A DNA stretch of 64,000 bases from Botryllus schlosseri. Its lineage: Eukaryota. Location: assembly GCA_051294905.1 (NCBI GenBank), contig CM119373.1:5644001-5708000 (forward strand). Direction: 5' to 3'. The number at the start of each line of letters is the position of its first letter. The stretch's first letter is position 1. A program made the position numbers and the translations under genes. The notes below the pieces were generated by a model that saw nothing but the letters and a program-made list of their open reading frames with translations, was not told where the DNA came from and did no database searches. Shown one piece after another: positions 38,601 through 50,361 of this stretch.

Positions 38601-41600
38601 TTTTCAAAAAAGAGGACAAAATCTCACAAAGAGGACAAAAGGGCGTCCTCCGAGGACACTTTCAAAAAAGTAAAAAAAGAGGACAAATCCTATTAAAAGA
38701 GGACGTATGGTAAGCCTACCCTACCCCATCTTCGGTGCGGCAGTTACGATCCTAGATATGAGAATTTGAGAATTTGCAATGTGACGTGTCGTTGGATTGA
38801 TCGTGTAGAAATTCTAAAACGAGGGCATCCAACCTTTAATGGATCAAAGGATCACATCCACATCAGAGTTGGATCAATTGTAATTTGTAATTGAGCTGAA
38901 TGTAATTATTACATTTTTCAATGTAATTGTAATGTAATTGTAATTGAAGCATTTTTATTTTGTGTAATTGTAATTGTAATTTGACAAAAATTTTGCTCAA
39001 TTACAATTTCAATTACATTAAATTTATATTGAGACCTGACAAGCACAACATGAAATAATTGACTTACAATGCATTCTCTTTAAATGTCGACAAGGAATTT
39101 GGTGGATCCATTCGCGGAAGCCCTTGACTGCGCCCTTGCGGGCGAATTTTTTTTTTTACCGTTGTGCTGGCCTCGTCTTCCATTGTATACAATTTTTAGA
39201 TTACTAACCAACGGGTGGATTCGCAACATGTGACTCACGATTGAATACGCCGAGAAGCGAGCTGCTGAGCCGGCTAAAAGCAGCAGAAGTGATAGTCCTG
39301 TAGCTGGCGATCCAAGCGTCGAAATTTGATATGTATGGTCCTAATCGAAAGCTAGTGTCGCACTGATTCCGCAATAAAAGTATATTTCCAGGCAATGGTA
39401 CCATCCCAAAATAGTCGTGAAAGTCTGAGAATCGGCATCGTTCTGAACAATTGCTGGGCGTAATTGGTCATTGGTGTGGTCATGCTGCTGTGGCGCTCTT
39501 ACTTTTCAGAACAGTCGGCCTTCAACGGCTATTTTGGAGCAGTTACATTGCCCTGACGAGATTTTAATTTGTATTTTTGGAATTAGTGCATCAATAGCTT
39601 ACGATAAAGACCAGATGCATCAAATTTGGACGCTTGGATCGCCAGCTCTAGGACTACAAAGTTTGCTGCTTTTAGTCGTCTCTGCAGTACGTTTGTCGGT
39701 GCATTCATCCGTGACTCACATCTTGCGCATCTATCCGTGGGTTTGCAATCTACAATACGATTTCAGATCACGATGCTGCATCGTTACTTCGTCTAGCTAA
39801 CTAACCAGACCACTGGATATTATATAACGTCTTATCTGACAAAGCACGGTTTTGTTTTTACTCCTCATACCAATTCCTATGTCCCTCATAAAAATAATAT
39901 TATTTCTTTAATTATATAGGCTACTATATACGCAAATCCAACACGTGCATATATTATAATACTTTGTTCAACGACATACTGCACCCTATCCTTAATCCTA
40001 ACCCATAGGAAATTAGGTAAATAACATATTACATTTCCAATTACGTGAGCCATAATTACCGAGCATACAAAAAACGCTTATATTACATCACAATGACATC
40101 TTACATAGCATATGTACGCACATAAACGCATTTATTACTACACAATCTGAACTAGACTTGAATTGTTGTTAAATACGACGCCACGGTTGTCAGGGAGCAC
40201 GGTTGAATTTATGATTATTCAATTACATGTTCAACAGCAGCAATTGTAATTGTAATTGTAATGTAATTGAAACATGCAAGGAGTAATTATAATTGTAATG
40301 TAATTGAAACATGCATGCAAGTTATTGTAATTTTAATTGTAATTGAACTGAAATAATGAAATTGATCCAACTCTGATCCACATACGGTTTACCAATGATT
40401 GTGGGGTTCACTCGGGTATTTATGACCTCTTTTTAGTCATTAGTTAGACTTTTAGGAGTCAATTGGTTATATGACCATGAACTGGGTGAACGAGAGAAAT
40501 CGACTTCGTTATGACCCTAGAAATGCCGACGTCGCCAAAAAGAACGCATTCCCCAATACTACAGTCGGCCTTCTGAATACCATTCAGCATTCTTTTATTC
40601 ATCGTAATTTTCGTTTTATCAGATAATGTTTAGGAAAATAGGGCGCTTCGAAGAGAACCGACTGACCAGAAAAATGACAAATATATTTCGTACCTCAGTT
40701 CAATGAAAAAACCTGATACAATCCGCTTTGTAACTAATAATATCGGGAAGGAATGCAAAGGTTTGTCGGTATGACGAGCAGCTACTCCCGACTCTCGGAA
40801 GTTTCCTTATCATGACTGTGACTGTGATTGACGACTGCACAAACTCATATACATTATTTCAATGGATAGAAAGGATCGTCTCCGAGAAAATGAGCTTGGT
40901 TCAGTGTGACGTAACATATGTTATTTGTGCTACTAAATGCAATCCCCTCGATTGTACCAATGATCTTTGTGACGATGTCGTCATTCAATAGCTTGATCCT
41001 ACTCTTCATCGCAGAAGAGGACTGCAGGAGAAGAGGAGGACTGCTTCATTCCGGACACTGTTTCACTATTCCTTCTATATCATCACAAAATGACATGAAT
41101 TATGAACAAGCAGTCGCGGAATGCGCAAAACACGGAGCTCTATTGGCTGAAATTCATGATCGAGTTCAACAAAGCACGTTGTACGAGTTCGCTGTCACGA
41201 AGATGCCAGCCCGTAGATCACGCGTCGACGTATGGTTGGGAATGGAATATGAGCACTCGGTACGTGTATAAACTTCTTACTAAGCCATGCAGTTTTCGGA
41301 CCAAGTTGCTACGGTTGTGCCGGGAGTATCTACAACTTTAAACTCGAGCCAAATCAAGTCATCTCCAATCGTGCGATTTCAAGTCGATTTTAAGTCGGCA
41401 AAAATTTTCGTTCCGATCTGAATTGTCGATTGCGTCGATCCGTCCATGCATAAATTTCCACTTTTATTTGAAGTGAATTCAACGCTGGTAACAGCGAACA
41501 CGCCGTGATTAGGAGATGTTTATTAACTGAGCTTGATGTCTAAGTTGTGCGTTTCATAGTTACCGGGGCTCCACATTCACAAAAGTAAATTATTAGCAAG

Positions 41601-44600
41601 TACTGTGAACCGTTTATGGAGTAAACAAATTTCTATGAAGATGACGTGGCTTATTGGATTATGCCGGTAGCATAAAAATCAATTTACTGCAATAGCTAGC
41701 CCGATTCCACCAGTTCACACTGTTCACCTTTCTAAATTCAAATTTTCTGCATAGAATATTTCGGAAAAGGCACGATTGTGCATACCGCGATAAGAACCGG
41801 TAAACGCAATCGCATAGCCCAGTGGTCTGGAACCTTTTTCGACCGAACAGCCATAATGACTCAATCTTTTCCATTGTAACTCCCAATCAACTGCTACGTC
41901 ACAATTGAAACTTCGTGGCGTATTTGTAGCACTAATCCATGGTATTCGTTTGATGAGCCAAACATGGTCACCACAACAGTATATTCCCATTGCAGGGTGT
42001 GATACGTCAGTGACATGGGGTTAGGGAAGACAAATGCAACAGTGCCTCACATCTCGTCAGGGATGAGTGAGGGAAAATTGTGAAACATTCAATGATTATT
42101 GGTATTTTTATCGATGTTTATGAATGATTTGAATTTAAACATTTCTATTCCCAACATTACGAAATTTTCACATTTAGTGTTCGAAAATAAAGCGCGAAAG
42201 GATGTCAAGGCACAGATGAGGCATAGACGGGCCGGGCCTCACGTGTGATAGCGCAACTCATCGTAAATACCTTAGAATTTATCATCACTGATATTATTCA
42301 AATGAAATTGTCTCGTCGATACCGAAATTATAAATATTGATCGACTTCTGAATTATTCGGCTCAACATAAAGCTACACACATACATTTTACGGCGATTCT
42401 AGAAAGCCACTTACGTTGCCAATCAAGAACTTGGCTAGCTATGGCGTTGTTTTTGATTTGTATTTATAATTGTTAATGACACTTCCAAGGAAATTTATTT
42501 ATCGGCGTAAATCAGGAAGATTATATGCATTTAAAAACTGCATTGTCCTACAAGCGTCGCCATGTCAAGGTATCAATCAAGGAATCGTGCAATCCAAAAT
42601 TTCGAGGCGCGCGATGGCGGGTAGATCGAATATGCGTATTGGTCGCTGGTGCGACAGCAACTTGAATTTGAGGATTTTGAAAGGGGGGGTAAGAAGCCCT
42701 AACACTGGTTACTCCACTGTATGATCATATCAAAGAAATGTTTACGTTGCCACGAGAAAAATTATCCGGGCCGCCATGAAGATTTACTGACAAAATGATG
42801 CGATTGATAAATTAGGCACAAAATTAGAGATTGGTCGAAGAGCGATATCTTAGACCCGAAAGAGTCATACATGGCTCACGAGCCATAGGTTCCCGACCAC
42901 TGGCATAGCATTTGCAAAGCATTTGCCTACAAAGTCGATATCGCGTAGTTAACGTCATTCGTTGGCATCTATAACCAGAGCTGGTCAAAGCAGTCACAAA
43001 AGCTACTCAGACGGACGAAGGTGAAATCTACCCAAGTACGAGTAGAAGTAGAAGCACCCTAAAACTATTTCAAGGAGATAAATCTACTCAAGTAAGTAGT
43101 TGTGAGAAGCAGTCGTAAAAACGTTCTTGGGGGCTGTCGAAAGCCGGAAACTGAGACCTTGGAACGGTATAAAAATTTGGGTTCGGATCTGCTCCGTACA
43201 AAGTCTCCACACATAAGAATCGGACCGCATCGTGGGATGCAAATAACAGTTTTGATCCGGAGAAGCGACACTTAACTTTTGTTTACCCCAGAGCTCGATT
43301 TCAGATAATGTCACGGAATTGTGTCCTCCGTCGTATTAAAAGGCCAATAGTGGAGGAGAAAAACACTACGGAGTTGCATCAGAAACTTCAATATCGATTT
43401 GCGCGATGATTGTTGCGTGAAACAGCAACATGGTAGCTCGCAAAATGCCATTTACAAATTAATTCGATGATCTCTATGTAACGATACCCTGCATAAAAAA
43501 GAAATACAACTACAATAATTAAAAGGGGAAATATGCCACATTCATTTTGTCCATACAGTTTCAACGACGGTTGACGCTCAACAGTCCAATGCTAAATAGT
43601 CAAGTAGCCTACCACTTTTCCCTATTAAAACACTCGCCGTGCGGCTTGAATGCTAGATTACGATTATATAGTTGCGAATATTTATTGAGCCATATTGACT
43701 GTGACGAAACGTGTCATATGGGCGATAATACGGTATGAAAGGAACCTATTACGTGAATGATGCCGACAAACTGTTCTGTGAAAACATAATTGTCACTCAA
43801 TATCTAGTTGGATCGAAGCACGACGAAAATTCGAAAGTAAGTGGGCGAATCATAAAATATTATGAAGTAGAAGTAGAAGTAGCGAAAAATTAGTTCTGCT
43901 TGATTAAGTAGTAGAAGTAGAGTACAACTACTTCAGAACTTCAAAAAAGTAGTAATAGTACTGACCACCACTGTCCATAAGATATATTGGGGCGCTTTTA
44001 GCACATCATCCTGCATTTGATAACATAATCATTTTCTAAATTGCAAGTAACAATATGCTATTGGATTACTTTAAAGACCTACATCTCCATGAGCGTCGAT
44101 TTGCCGAGTGGTCAAAATCCATATTTGTATCAATTATGGAATTTGACAGCAATCTTTTCGAATAACGCCATCAAATCCAGACGTGATTGAAGTTCGATGG
44201 GCTCTCTCCCCGTCTAATAATTGAGACTATATATAACAGTTCTTCCTAATACCAGCTCTAGAATTGTTCAATTGTCCTCGAATTGCGATATCAGGGCCAT
44301 TGTAGTAAATATACTATATGCATGACCGACTGGTTAAAAAACTACTGTTCTCAGGTTCTGTACTTATGGTAAAATTATCATTTTATTCATTCGTTGTAGA
44401 ATTGGTAACGTATCAAAATGTGGCGGTCAAAATAATCGAAGACTTGGTTTCGTTGAACGTGTCTCCTCCGTAAGTGGTTGGTACTCTTTTTAGTAGAAGC
44501 ACATACCAATAATATTGCGGTAGGTGTTTTACCCTCGTATTGCAGCACTTAATATCGACATCAAGGTACGATTTAGACAATTTTAGGCAGGTATGGGGTG

Positions 44601-45870
44601 ATTGGTGGGATATTTGTGATCGTTATCGATTACGACAGTAGTTCCTAACGTTTGCGATACTGCCCCCCAGTGGACGATTTTGAGGAAGAGGGGGTAAAAA
44701 TACCGACGGGGGCGAAAATTTTAGAACGCCTTTGTTCAGCTAATCTGCACGAAATGCACGTCTAACGTGTTCTGGATCTGCGTCGAAAGTTTACTAAAAA
44801 AGGTAAACTCCCCCGAATATAGGTGGAGACGGGTCGTTTGCGAGTCATGTCGAGAAAATTACCCTTTTTCAGTCGATTCACCAGCGATCAGAGTTCAGTG
44901 GTATAAATTGCCCTAACGATGATGTTCCTAGTTCGTACATCTGCGTATGATTGGGAATGGAATACAAAAACGCGGTAGTTGCATAAATTTCGAACTATAT
45001 ACAGTCATGCAGTGTTCAGACCAAGCCGCTACGTTCGAGACATTTCAGATCCGTTCCATTTTTAAGTCAAGTCGAATCAGGTCATCTCAAATGTTCCGAT
45101 TTTGAGTCTATTTCAAATCAGCAGAAATTATGGTTGCGATATTAATCGTCGTTGGTGTCAATGCGACATGCGTCCATACACACGTCCCTCCATTTATTTG
45201 AAGTAAGGTCAATGCTGGTAACAGCGCACTCTTCGTAAGTGGTTGGGATGTTTATATCTTGAGCTTGGCGTCATAATTAGACAATGCTCAGTAATCAGAG
45301 CACCGCGTTCACAAAAGTAACTTACAGCATCTGAAGGGCGGTGTCATGTTATTGATTGCGTAAAACGATATGGTCGACTATTTAGCAAGCTACGCTTCTC
45401 TGACTCTGTCCTAATGGTTGTTGTTGTTGATTATTATTTGATGGTGAAACTAACCATTTTTTTTATTTGTTGGAGCAACGTTAACGTACCAACTCCAATG
45501 TGATTTTAGACTTGATCAAGTTGCAAGTGTCTGCTGCATAGAGGGTCTGTACTCTGCTCGGCAAAACATGCAGCAATAATTAGTGATGCTGACTCCGATT
45601 GTAGCACTTGGAAATGACATCAAAGTACGATCGCCATTTCAGAAAAAATCGTACTGAGTATTTATGTTTTTACAGACTTCAACTCTGCGGTACCGATCAG
45701 ACATGGAGATACATTCTAATCAATTGCACTGGTATCCAAGATATCCTTTGTCGTCGTACAAGTACATGGTCATGCTTGTAAGAAATGTCGGTAGTTCAGG
45801 CGACGTCGGACTATATAATCAACTAAAATCCATCGCACGGCAAGGAGTGATCTGCGAGAAAGAAACCTGA
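26673..45870 (+). CDS. Collectin-like protein, 261 aa: join(26673-26955,27022-27084,41015-41259,45676-45870)
   Basis: All introns GT-AG with matching phases (1,1,0), total 786 nt, no stops. Hydrophobic signal peptide, one N-terminal Cys, 10 Gly-X-Y triplets, helical neck exon, C-type lectin domain (CF..., A...C...G..LAEI, VWLGM, W, ICE). Confidence 0.88.
27855..28812. mobile_element. hAT MITE with gactt/gactc subterminal arrays
   Basis: TIR cagtgttgggat. Perfect TSD ggatcata. Confidence 0.93.
29155..31261. mobile_element. hAT MITE (nested)
   Basis: TIR caggggtgtcaaac. TSD gtatagcg/gtatagag. Confidence 0.9.
29588..30836 (+). mobile_element. Internally deleted hAT-Ac-type element with transposase remnants
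   Basis: TIR (t)agagcccg(g/a)ccgat, atcgg repeats, TSD ctttcaaa/ctttcaac. ORF 30237-30593 has CFAHSHQLFVND (CxxH region) joined to a dimerisation-domain remnant (YL..P...W.RNEERFP...PSERL). Confidence 0.8.
31640..32823. mobile_element. hAT MITE (nested, level 3)
   Basis: TIR caggggtc(g/t)ccaac. Perfect TSD tcataggc. Confidence 0.92.
31947..32404 (-). mobile_element. 3202-family MITE, reverse orientation (level 4)
   Basis: Reverse-complement homology to 3202-3726. TSD not recognisable. Confidence 0.7.
33500..33770 (-). mobile_element. Fragment of a ttaggg(c/g)t..tcaaaaat-type element
   Basis: rc aligns with the element starting at ~63773. Confidence 0.55.
33898..34585. mobile_element. hAT MITE (nested)
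   Basis: Perfect TSD atatagac. Right TIR rc caggggtggcca, left TIR degenerate (tacgaatggcca). Confidence 0.8.
34972..36765. mobile_element. hAT MITE with gtaatc arrays
   Basis: TIR cagacatggggt. Perfect TSD gtgtggac. Confidence 0.93.
37407..37685 (+). mobile_element. tRNA-derived SINE
   Basis: A box tagcgcagtgg, B box ggttctagtcc, A-rich tail, perfect 13-bp TSD acctttaccgatg (37394-37406, 37686-37698). Confidence 0.9.
38280..38718. mobile_element. hAT MITE, copy of 22339-22784
   Basis: TIR taggcttaccat. TSD ccctatcc/ccctaccc. End-to-end similarity. Confidence 0.93.
38864..40375. mobile_element. hAT MITE with tgtaat arrays
   Basis: TIR cagagttggatcaatt. Perfect TSD atccacat. Confidence 0.93.
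41820..42902. mobile_element. hAT MITE in collectin intron 3
   Basis: TIR cagtggtc(t/g)ggaacct. TSD gcatagcc/gcatagca. Confidence 0.9.
42976..43973. mobile_element. hAT MITE with agtaga repeats
   Basis: TIR cag(a/t)g(c/g)tggtca. TSD tctataac/tccataag (6/8). Confidence 0.75.
44875..44974 (+). pseudogene. Pseudo-exon: truncated duplicate of collectin exon 3
   Basis: cgtatgattgggaatggaatacaaaaacgcg|gtag versus cgtatggttgggaatggaatatgagcactcg|gtac (V*LGMEYKNA versus VWLGMEYEHS). TGA at 44948-44950. Confidence 0.85.
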
Positions 45871-46014
45871 TCATGCTTCGCCACTACAGAAGAAACGCCG
45901 CCGAGAAAACGTCGAACGGGGAAAGTTGATCGAAATATGTACATACTGTTTTATTAATAATGCGGTCTCAATGCGTAAAGTAACATAATTCGGAGTGTAT
46001 GCGTCACAACGTCA

Positions 46015-46020
46015 AATAAA
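46015..46020 (+). promoter_or_regulatory. Candidate polyadenylation signal of the collectin gene
   Basis: AATAAA ~145 nt after the stop codon. Confidence 0.45.
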
Positions 46021-47176
46021 TGACTTGAAGCTTCAAAATGTTCCAATTGCGTCATGTTTACTTCTGAAATTCATAGTAATCAGAACCGGACAGTAACGAA
46101 GTACTTATACTTTTTCGAAGTACTCGAGTAGTTTTTCTCTACATACAGTACTTACTCAATTCAATCTAAGTTTTCGCTACTTCTGCTTCAACCTCGTAAC
46201 AATTCGTGATTTATTTACTAGGCTTTCGGTTGTCAATTAGAAGTAATACGAAATGTATCGTCATCTTGCAGAACATGGTGTGTCTCAATCTAGAAAAAGA
46301 GGTCCTTTACTTTTGATTGTATTAGCAGACCACCATTGGCGTTTTCTGAAAAAAGTCATGAAATATATTTACCGCTTTGAAACAGATTGTTTGTAAAATG
46401 AAATAAAATGATAACGAGACCATACATCACAACGTCTAACAAATGACTTGAATCTTCAAAATGTCCCAATTGCGTGATGTTCACATTGGAAATTCATAGC
46501 AATCAGCGGTAGTGAGTAACGAAGTATACTTCTACTTTTTCGAAATCTCCAAGTAGTTTTGGTCTACTGGCGGTACATAATCCAGTATATCTAGTATACG
46601 CTGCTTCTATTTCGTAATATATGTAACAATATATATACTTCGCAATATATTGTGATCTACTCGCTTACTTTTTGCTATTTACAGTTTGTCAAGCAGAAGT
46701 ATTATGTTCCTGCAGTAAGAGAGAGAGAGAGAGGAAGAAAGAGAGAGACTGGAACGGAAAAATTTAAAGTCTTTAGATTTTCATGGATTACCAGCGATTA
46801 TTTTATTTTCACAAAAGTCAAGTAAATTCCATATATTTCGTCGTGCGTGGCAGCTCCATAGCAAACTATTATTCGCATCCCATGATGCGGTCAAATTCTT
46901 ACGATGTGTAAATTCCATACTTCATGGAATGTACCAGCACCACTCCAGATCTCTACACCGTCCGCATACAGCTCAGTTTCCGGCATTTGATAGTCCACTA
47001 GAGTGTTTTTATGACTGCTTTTAACAACTACTTATTTGATTGAGTATATTCAAAGTCAGTCCATTCTACGCCTACTTGAAGTAGATTTTTGTAATTTTAT
47101 AAGCACTTATTCTACTTGTACTTGAGTGTGTTTTTTGCATGGTAGCTTTCTTGACAACTCTGACCATCCTTTAGTG

Positions 47177-47216
47177 TCAATCAATCAATCAATCAATAAA
47201 TAAATAAATAAATAAA
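47177..47216. repeat. (TCAA)n(TAAA)n microsatellite
   Basis: Direct tandem repeat. Confidence 0.9.
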
Positions 47217-48555
47217 TGATAGTAACAATATATTTTTATCTGCTAAAGACACTCACAAAATGCAAGATGTGATACACAAGAAACAACGCGATGTAATGAA
47301 TAGACAGGAGGATGTCGATACGACCATTTGAGGTCTCTTGATCTGGCATTGAGTGCCCGATGTCACAGTCTTTGCGATGTTAATCTTCATTTGACAGTCC
47401 CTTTCGTTACCCTTTCTGGTTTTTGTTTCTCTGTCATTTTTCATCGGGTCTTTTTTCTGGGCGTTTTTGTCGCCATAAGAACAGCGACCACCGAACAGCG
47501 ACGAGGAGCCCAGAATGACTTGGAACGGGGCCGGCTGCGTAAGTGTGGCCGATGTTCACCACTACGCTATATTCCCATGTGGGAGTAGTAGTTTGTTGAT
47601 AGAGGTCATAATGAGTATGTGGTGCAGTGATTCCCAAACTGTGTGCTGCCAGAAATTCTCAGGTGTGCCGCGAGTATTTCAGGAATTTTACAGAAGAACT
47701 GTATAGATATTTAAAATATAGTCACGCAGACAAACACATGCTACTTAACATTATAAGTAAATGCACTTCGAATTACCAAGTGACTTTCTTTGACGCATGT
47801 TTTCATTTTTCCGATTCATGTCAGCCTAGAAGGCTAAAATTCAATACAAAGATCTACAAACTGTAGCAGATATCATTGCTTATTGCATTCACCGGTACGT
47901 GCAATATTTTAGACACACTTTTGTGCAACACTTATTACAAATCACCGTTTTGTTGGTGTGATATATGAGTGTCGTTCACGTGCGCATTTGGTATTTGAGC
48001 ACGTTCTTTGAAATATTTGGGTAGGTTCCAGATCCGCTTCAGCCCCATCACATCCCCATTATTGGTTCTTGCTGACAAAACACAAACCTCCTCAGTTAGG
48101 AGTTTGATATTGCGATCTCGCGATATTCCTCGAACTGCATATTTCACCATATCGGCGTATGAAGTTTTAGGCTATGTAACATGCGACTCCGAGAAGAGTG
48201 CCAGAACTATCAGCAGCAAGAAAACCTTGGCCGAAAAGAACTGCCCTCATGCCGACCGAAAACTTCGATAAATATACATGTATGTATAATCGTCAGTAGG
48301 CGCCTAAATGGCTGGCGCCGAATGTTCTTGTGCTGGCAATCTGAACCCAAAAGACAACTTCCTTCCCGCATAGAAAAATTATTTGCCATCAGTGAAGAAA
48401 TACTAATTTGAAATCGTGTGGGTCTTTTAGTTTAGTACATTTGGGCGATTTCAATATTTTTTGACGTAGCAGATATTAGTAGGGCGGGTTTTTTTACCTA
48501 AAAAAAGGAAAATTTTGACCTTAGAAATCCAAATTTGATTTTTTTTTATCTAAAC

Positions 48556-49775
48556 CAGCTGTTCCCAACCTTTTTGGACATGCGCACCCCTTGGCGATGG
48601 TCGAAAATATTGCGCCCCCTGACCCCCCCATACTTTTCGTCATGTCTAAATGAGCACATCATCTAATACAGAGGTAGGCAACCTTTTTGCTAATCACGGC
48701 TCATTTCGATTACTAATGTAGCCCAAGGCCGCATTCCAGGGCATAGCCGTTATGAACTAACTGGACGCGAAATACCTAATCTGTCCATATCCATTGCCGG
48801 TGAACTCCGGACTATTATACTTTTAACAAAAGTCCGTACCGAAATCGCGAGTCGCAATGTTATGAATAGATGCTGGGGTTGTTTATTGTCGCGCCGTGCG
48901 CGAAAATTTTTCAGATTCACGAATGAATTCCGTAATTAATAGTAGCGGTATCACATATTATTTTCAAATATTTATCCTCTTTTAGCCCATATGTGATCAG
49001 ATACACCGGTAGAGTTCATTGAGGGAGTGCTTTTGAAAATTTAGGGCAAGTTATAAATGATAATGCATCTTCGGGTGAGCCAATTGTTATTAGTCACTTG
49101 ATTGCATGCTGTTATTAAATATATTAAAATCGTCCAAATGTACCATAAAGAAATTTTTTTCGTGAGGAGCACACGATTCCGGCTCAGAGTGAGAAGGACG
49201 CTACTATATTAAAATCGAAAAATTAAGTTATGTTGAATTGCGCGGAGTGTGAAGAAAATTTCAAGATTAATTAAAATATCTCAAAAATTCGAGAGTGAAT
49301 TGGTAATTTCAATTTGCATGTCCACGGATGCCAACACATACTTATTGAATTAGGTGTCGCCGATCGTACAATTTCCCATCTACAGCAACAGGTTGCCCTT
49401 CCCCGATCTAATAGTATATATATGGTATGTCTTACGCCCAGTTTGAATCCGCCTTCCAGTTGTTGAGTCTTTAACATTTATGACAAATTTCCCCAAACTT
49501 GTGGGAATTGATCCAAATTTTCAAATAATGTCAAACATTTGCTCAAATGAAGTTAAAATCAGCCTATCCTCCGTTGGGCGCGAATGCTGGAGTTAGAATT
49601 TGGCGAGATTTCTTGAATACGAAATAAGTTTGATCTTTAACAATCGTCTTCTCAGAATGATTGTGAAGCACATTTTTAGTCAGAATTCATACAGACGTGG
49701 TCAACTTCTCGCGCCAGCCCTGAGAACTACCCGCGCCCGCCAAGGGGGGCGCGATCCCCAGGTTGAGAACCCCTG
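48556..49775 (-). mobile_element. Reverse copy of the 2533 MITE family
   Basis: TSD atctaaac/atccaaac. rc homology to both ends of 2533-3843. Confidence 0.88.
48669..49405 (-). mobile_element. 3202-family MITE nested in 48556-49775
   Basis: Perfect TSD atctaata (rc of tattagat). Confidence 0.88.
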
Positions 49776-50361
49776 ATCCAAACCAACTCGATTTTGACCA
49801 AATTTTGACTTAACGTATGCATATTAGGTATTTTCCCACATAATGATAAAATTGTACCACTTATCTTCATTTCTGGTTCGAACTGGCTGTCTTAAGGAAG
49901 TAGTTTGGCCTGGAAAAGCGTTTTTGGCTGAGAAACAGGCAACTTTTTACACGAAAAAAAGCAAGAAATATTTGAAAAAATTAGTAGTACAACGAGAGAT
50001 ACTTTCCTACATTCTTGGATTGAAAGTGCAAGTCCTTACTAAGAAACTTGTCAAACTTGCTTCATTCTGACAATGTTGTCTACATCAGTGGTTCTCAACC
50101 GCCGGTCCGCGGACCGGCACCGGTCCGCGGCGACATTCTTGCCGGTCCGCGAGACATATTTCAATTTTATATCCTAATCGCAAGATGCAAGGTGATGAAA
50201 CAATAACTTCATAGCATTAACTTATTTAGCAAATGCCTTTCAACTGACTCACATCAGTAGCCAACGTCTCGAATACGGGGAATCAATTTCGATAGGCTTG
50301 TAGTATATCCTGTGTAACGTAGTGATGAAAATACAACTGCAAAACAGCGAGGTGTGGTAAT

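Noticed and set aside
27855..40375. Short repeat arrays (gactt, ggagcc, gtaatc, tgtaat) as CRISPR-like or coding repeats
   Set aside because: Units are 5-6 bp with no unique spacers and are confined to the ends of TIR/TSD-bounded elements. No cas genes, eukaryotic context.
40918..41014. Hydrophobic N-terminus of ORF 40918-41271 as a membrane-anchored lectin start
   Set aside because: Better explained as pyrimidine-rich intron before the acceptor at 41014, whose phase matches the neck exon. An alternative start cannot be fully excluded.
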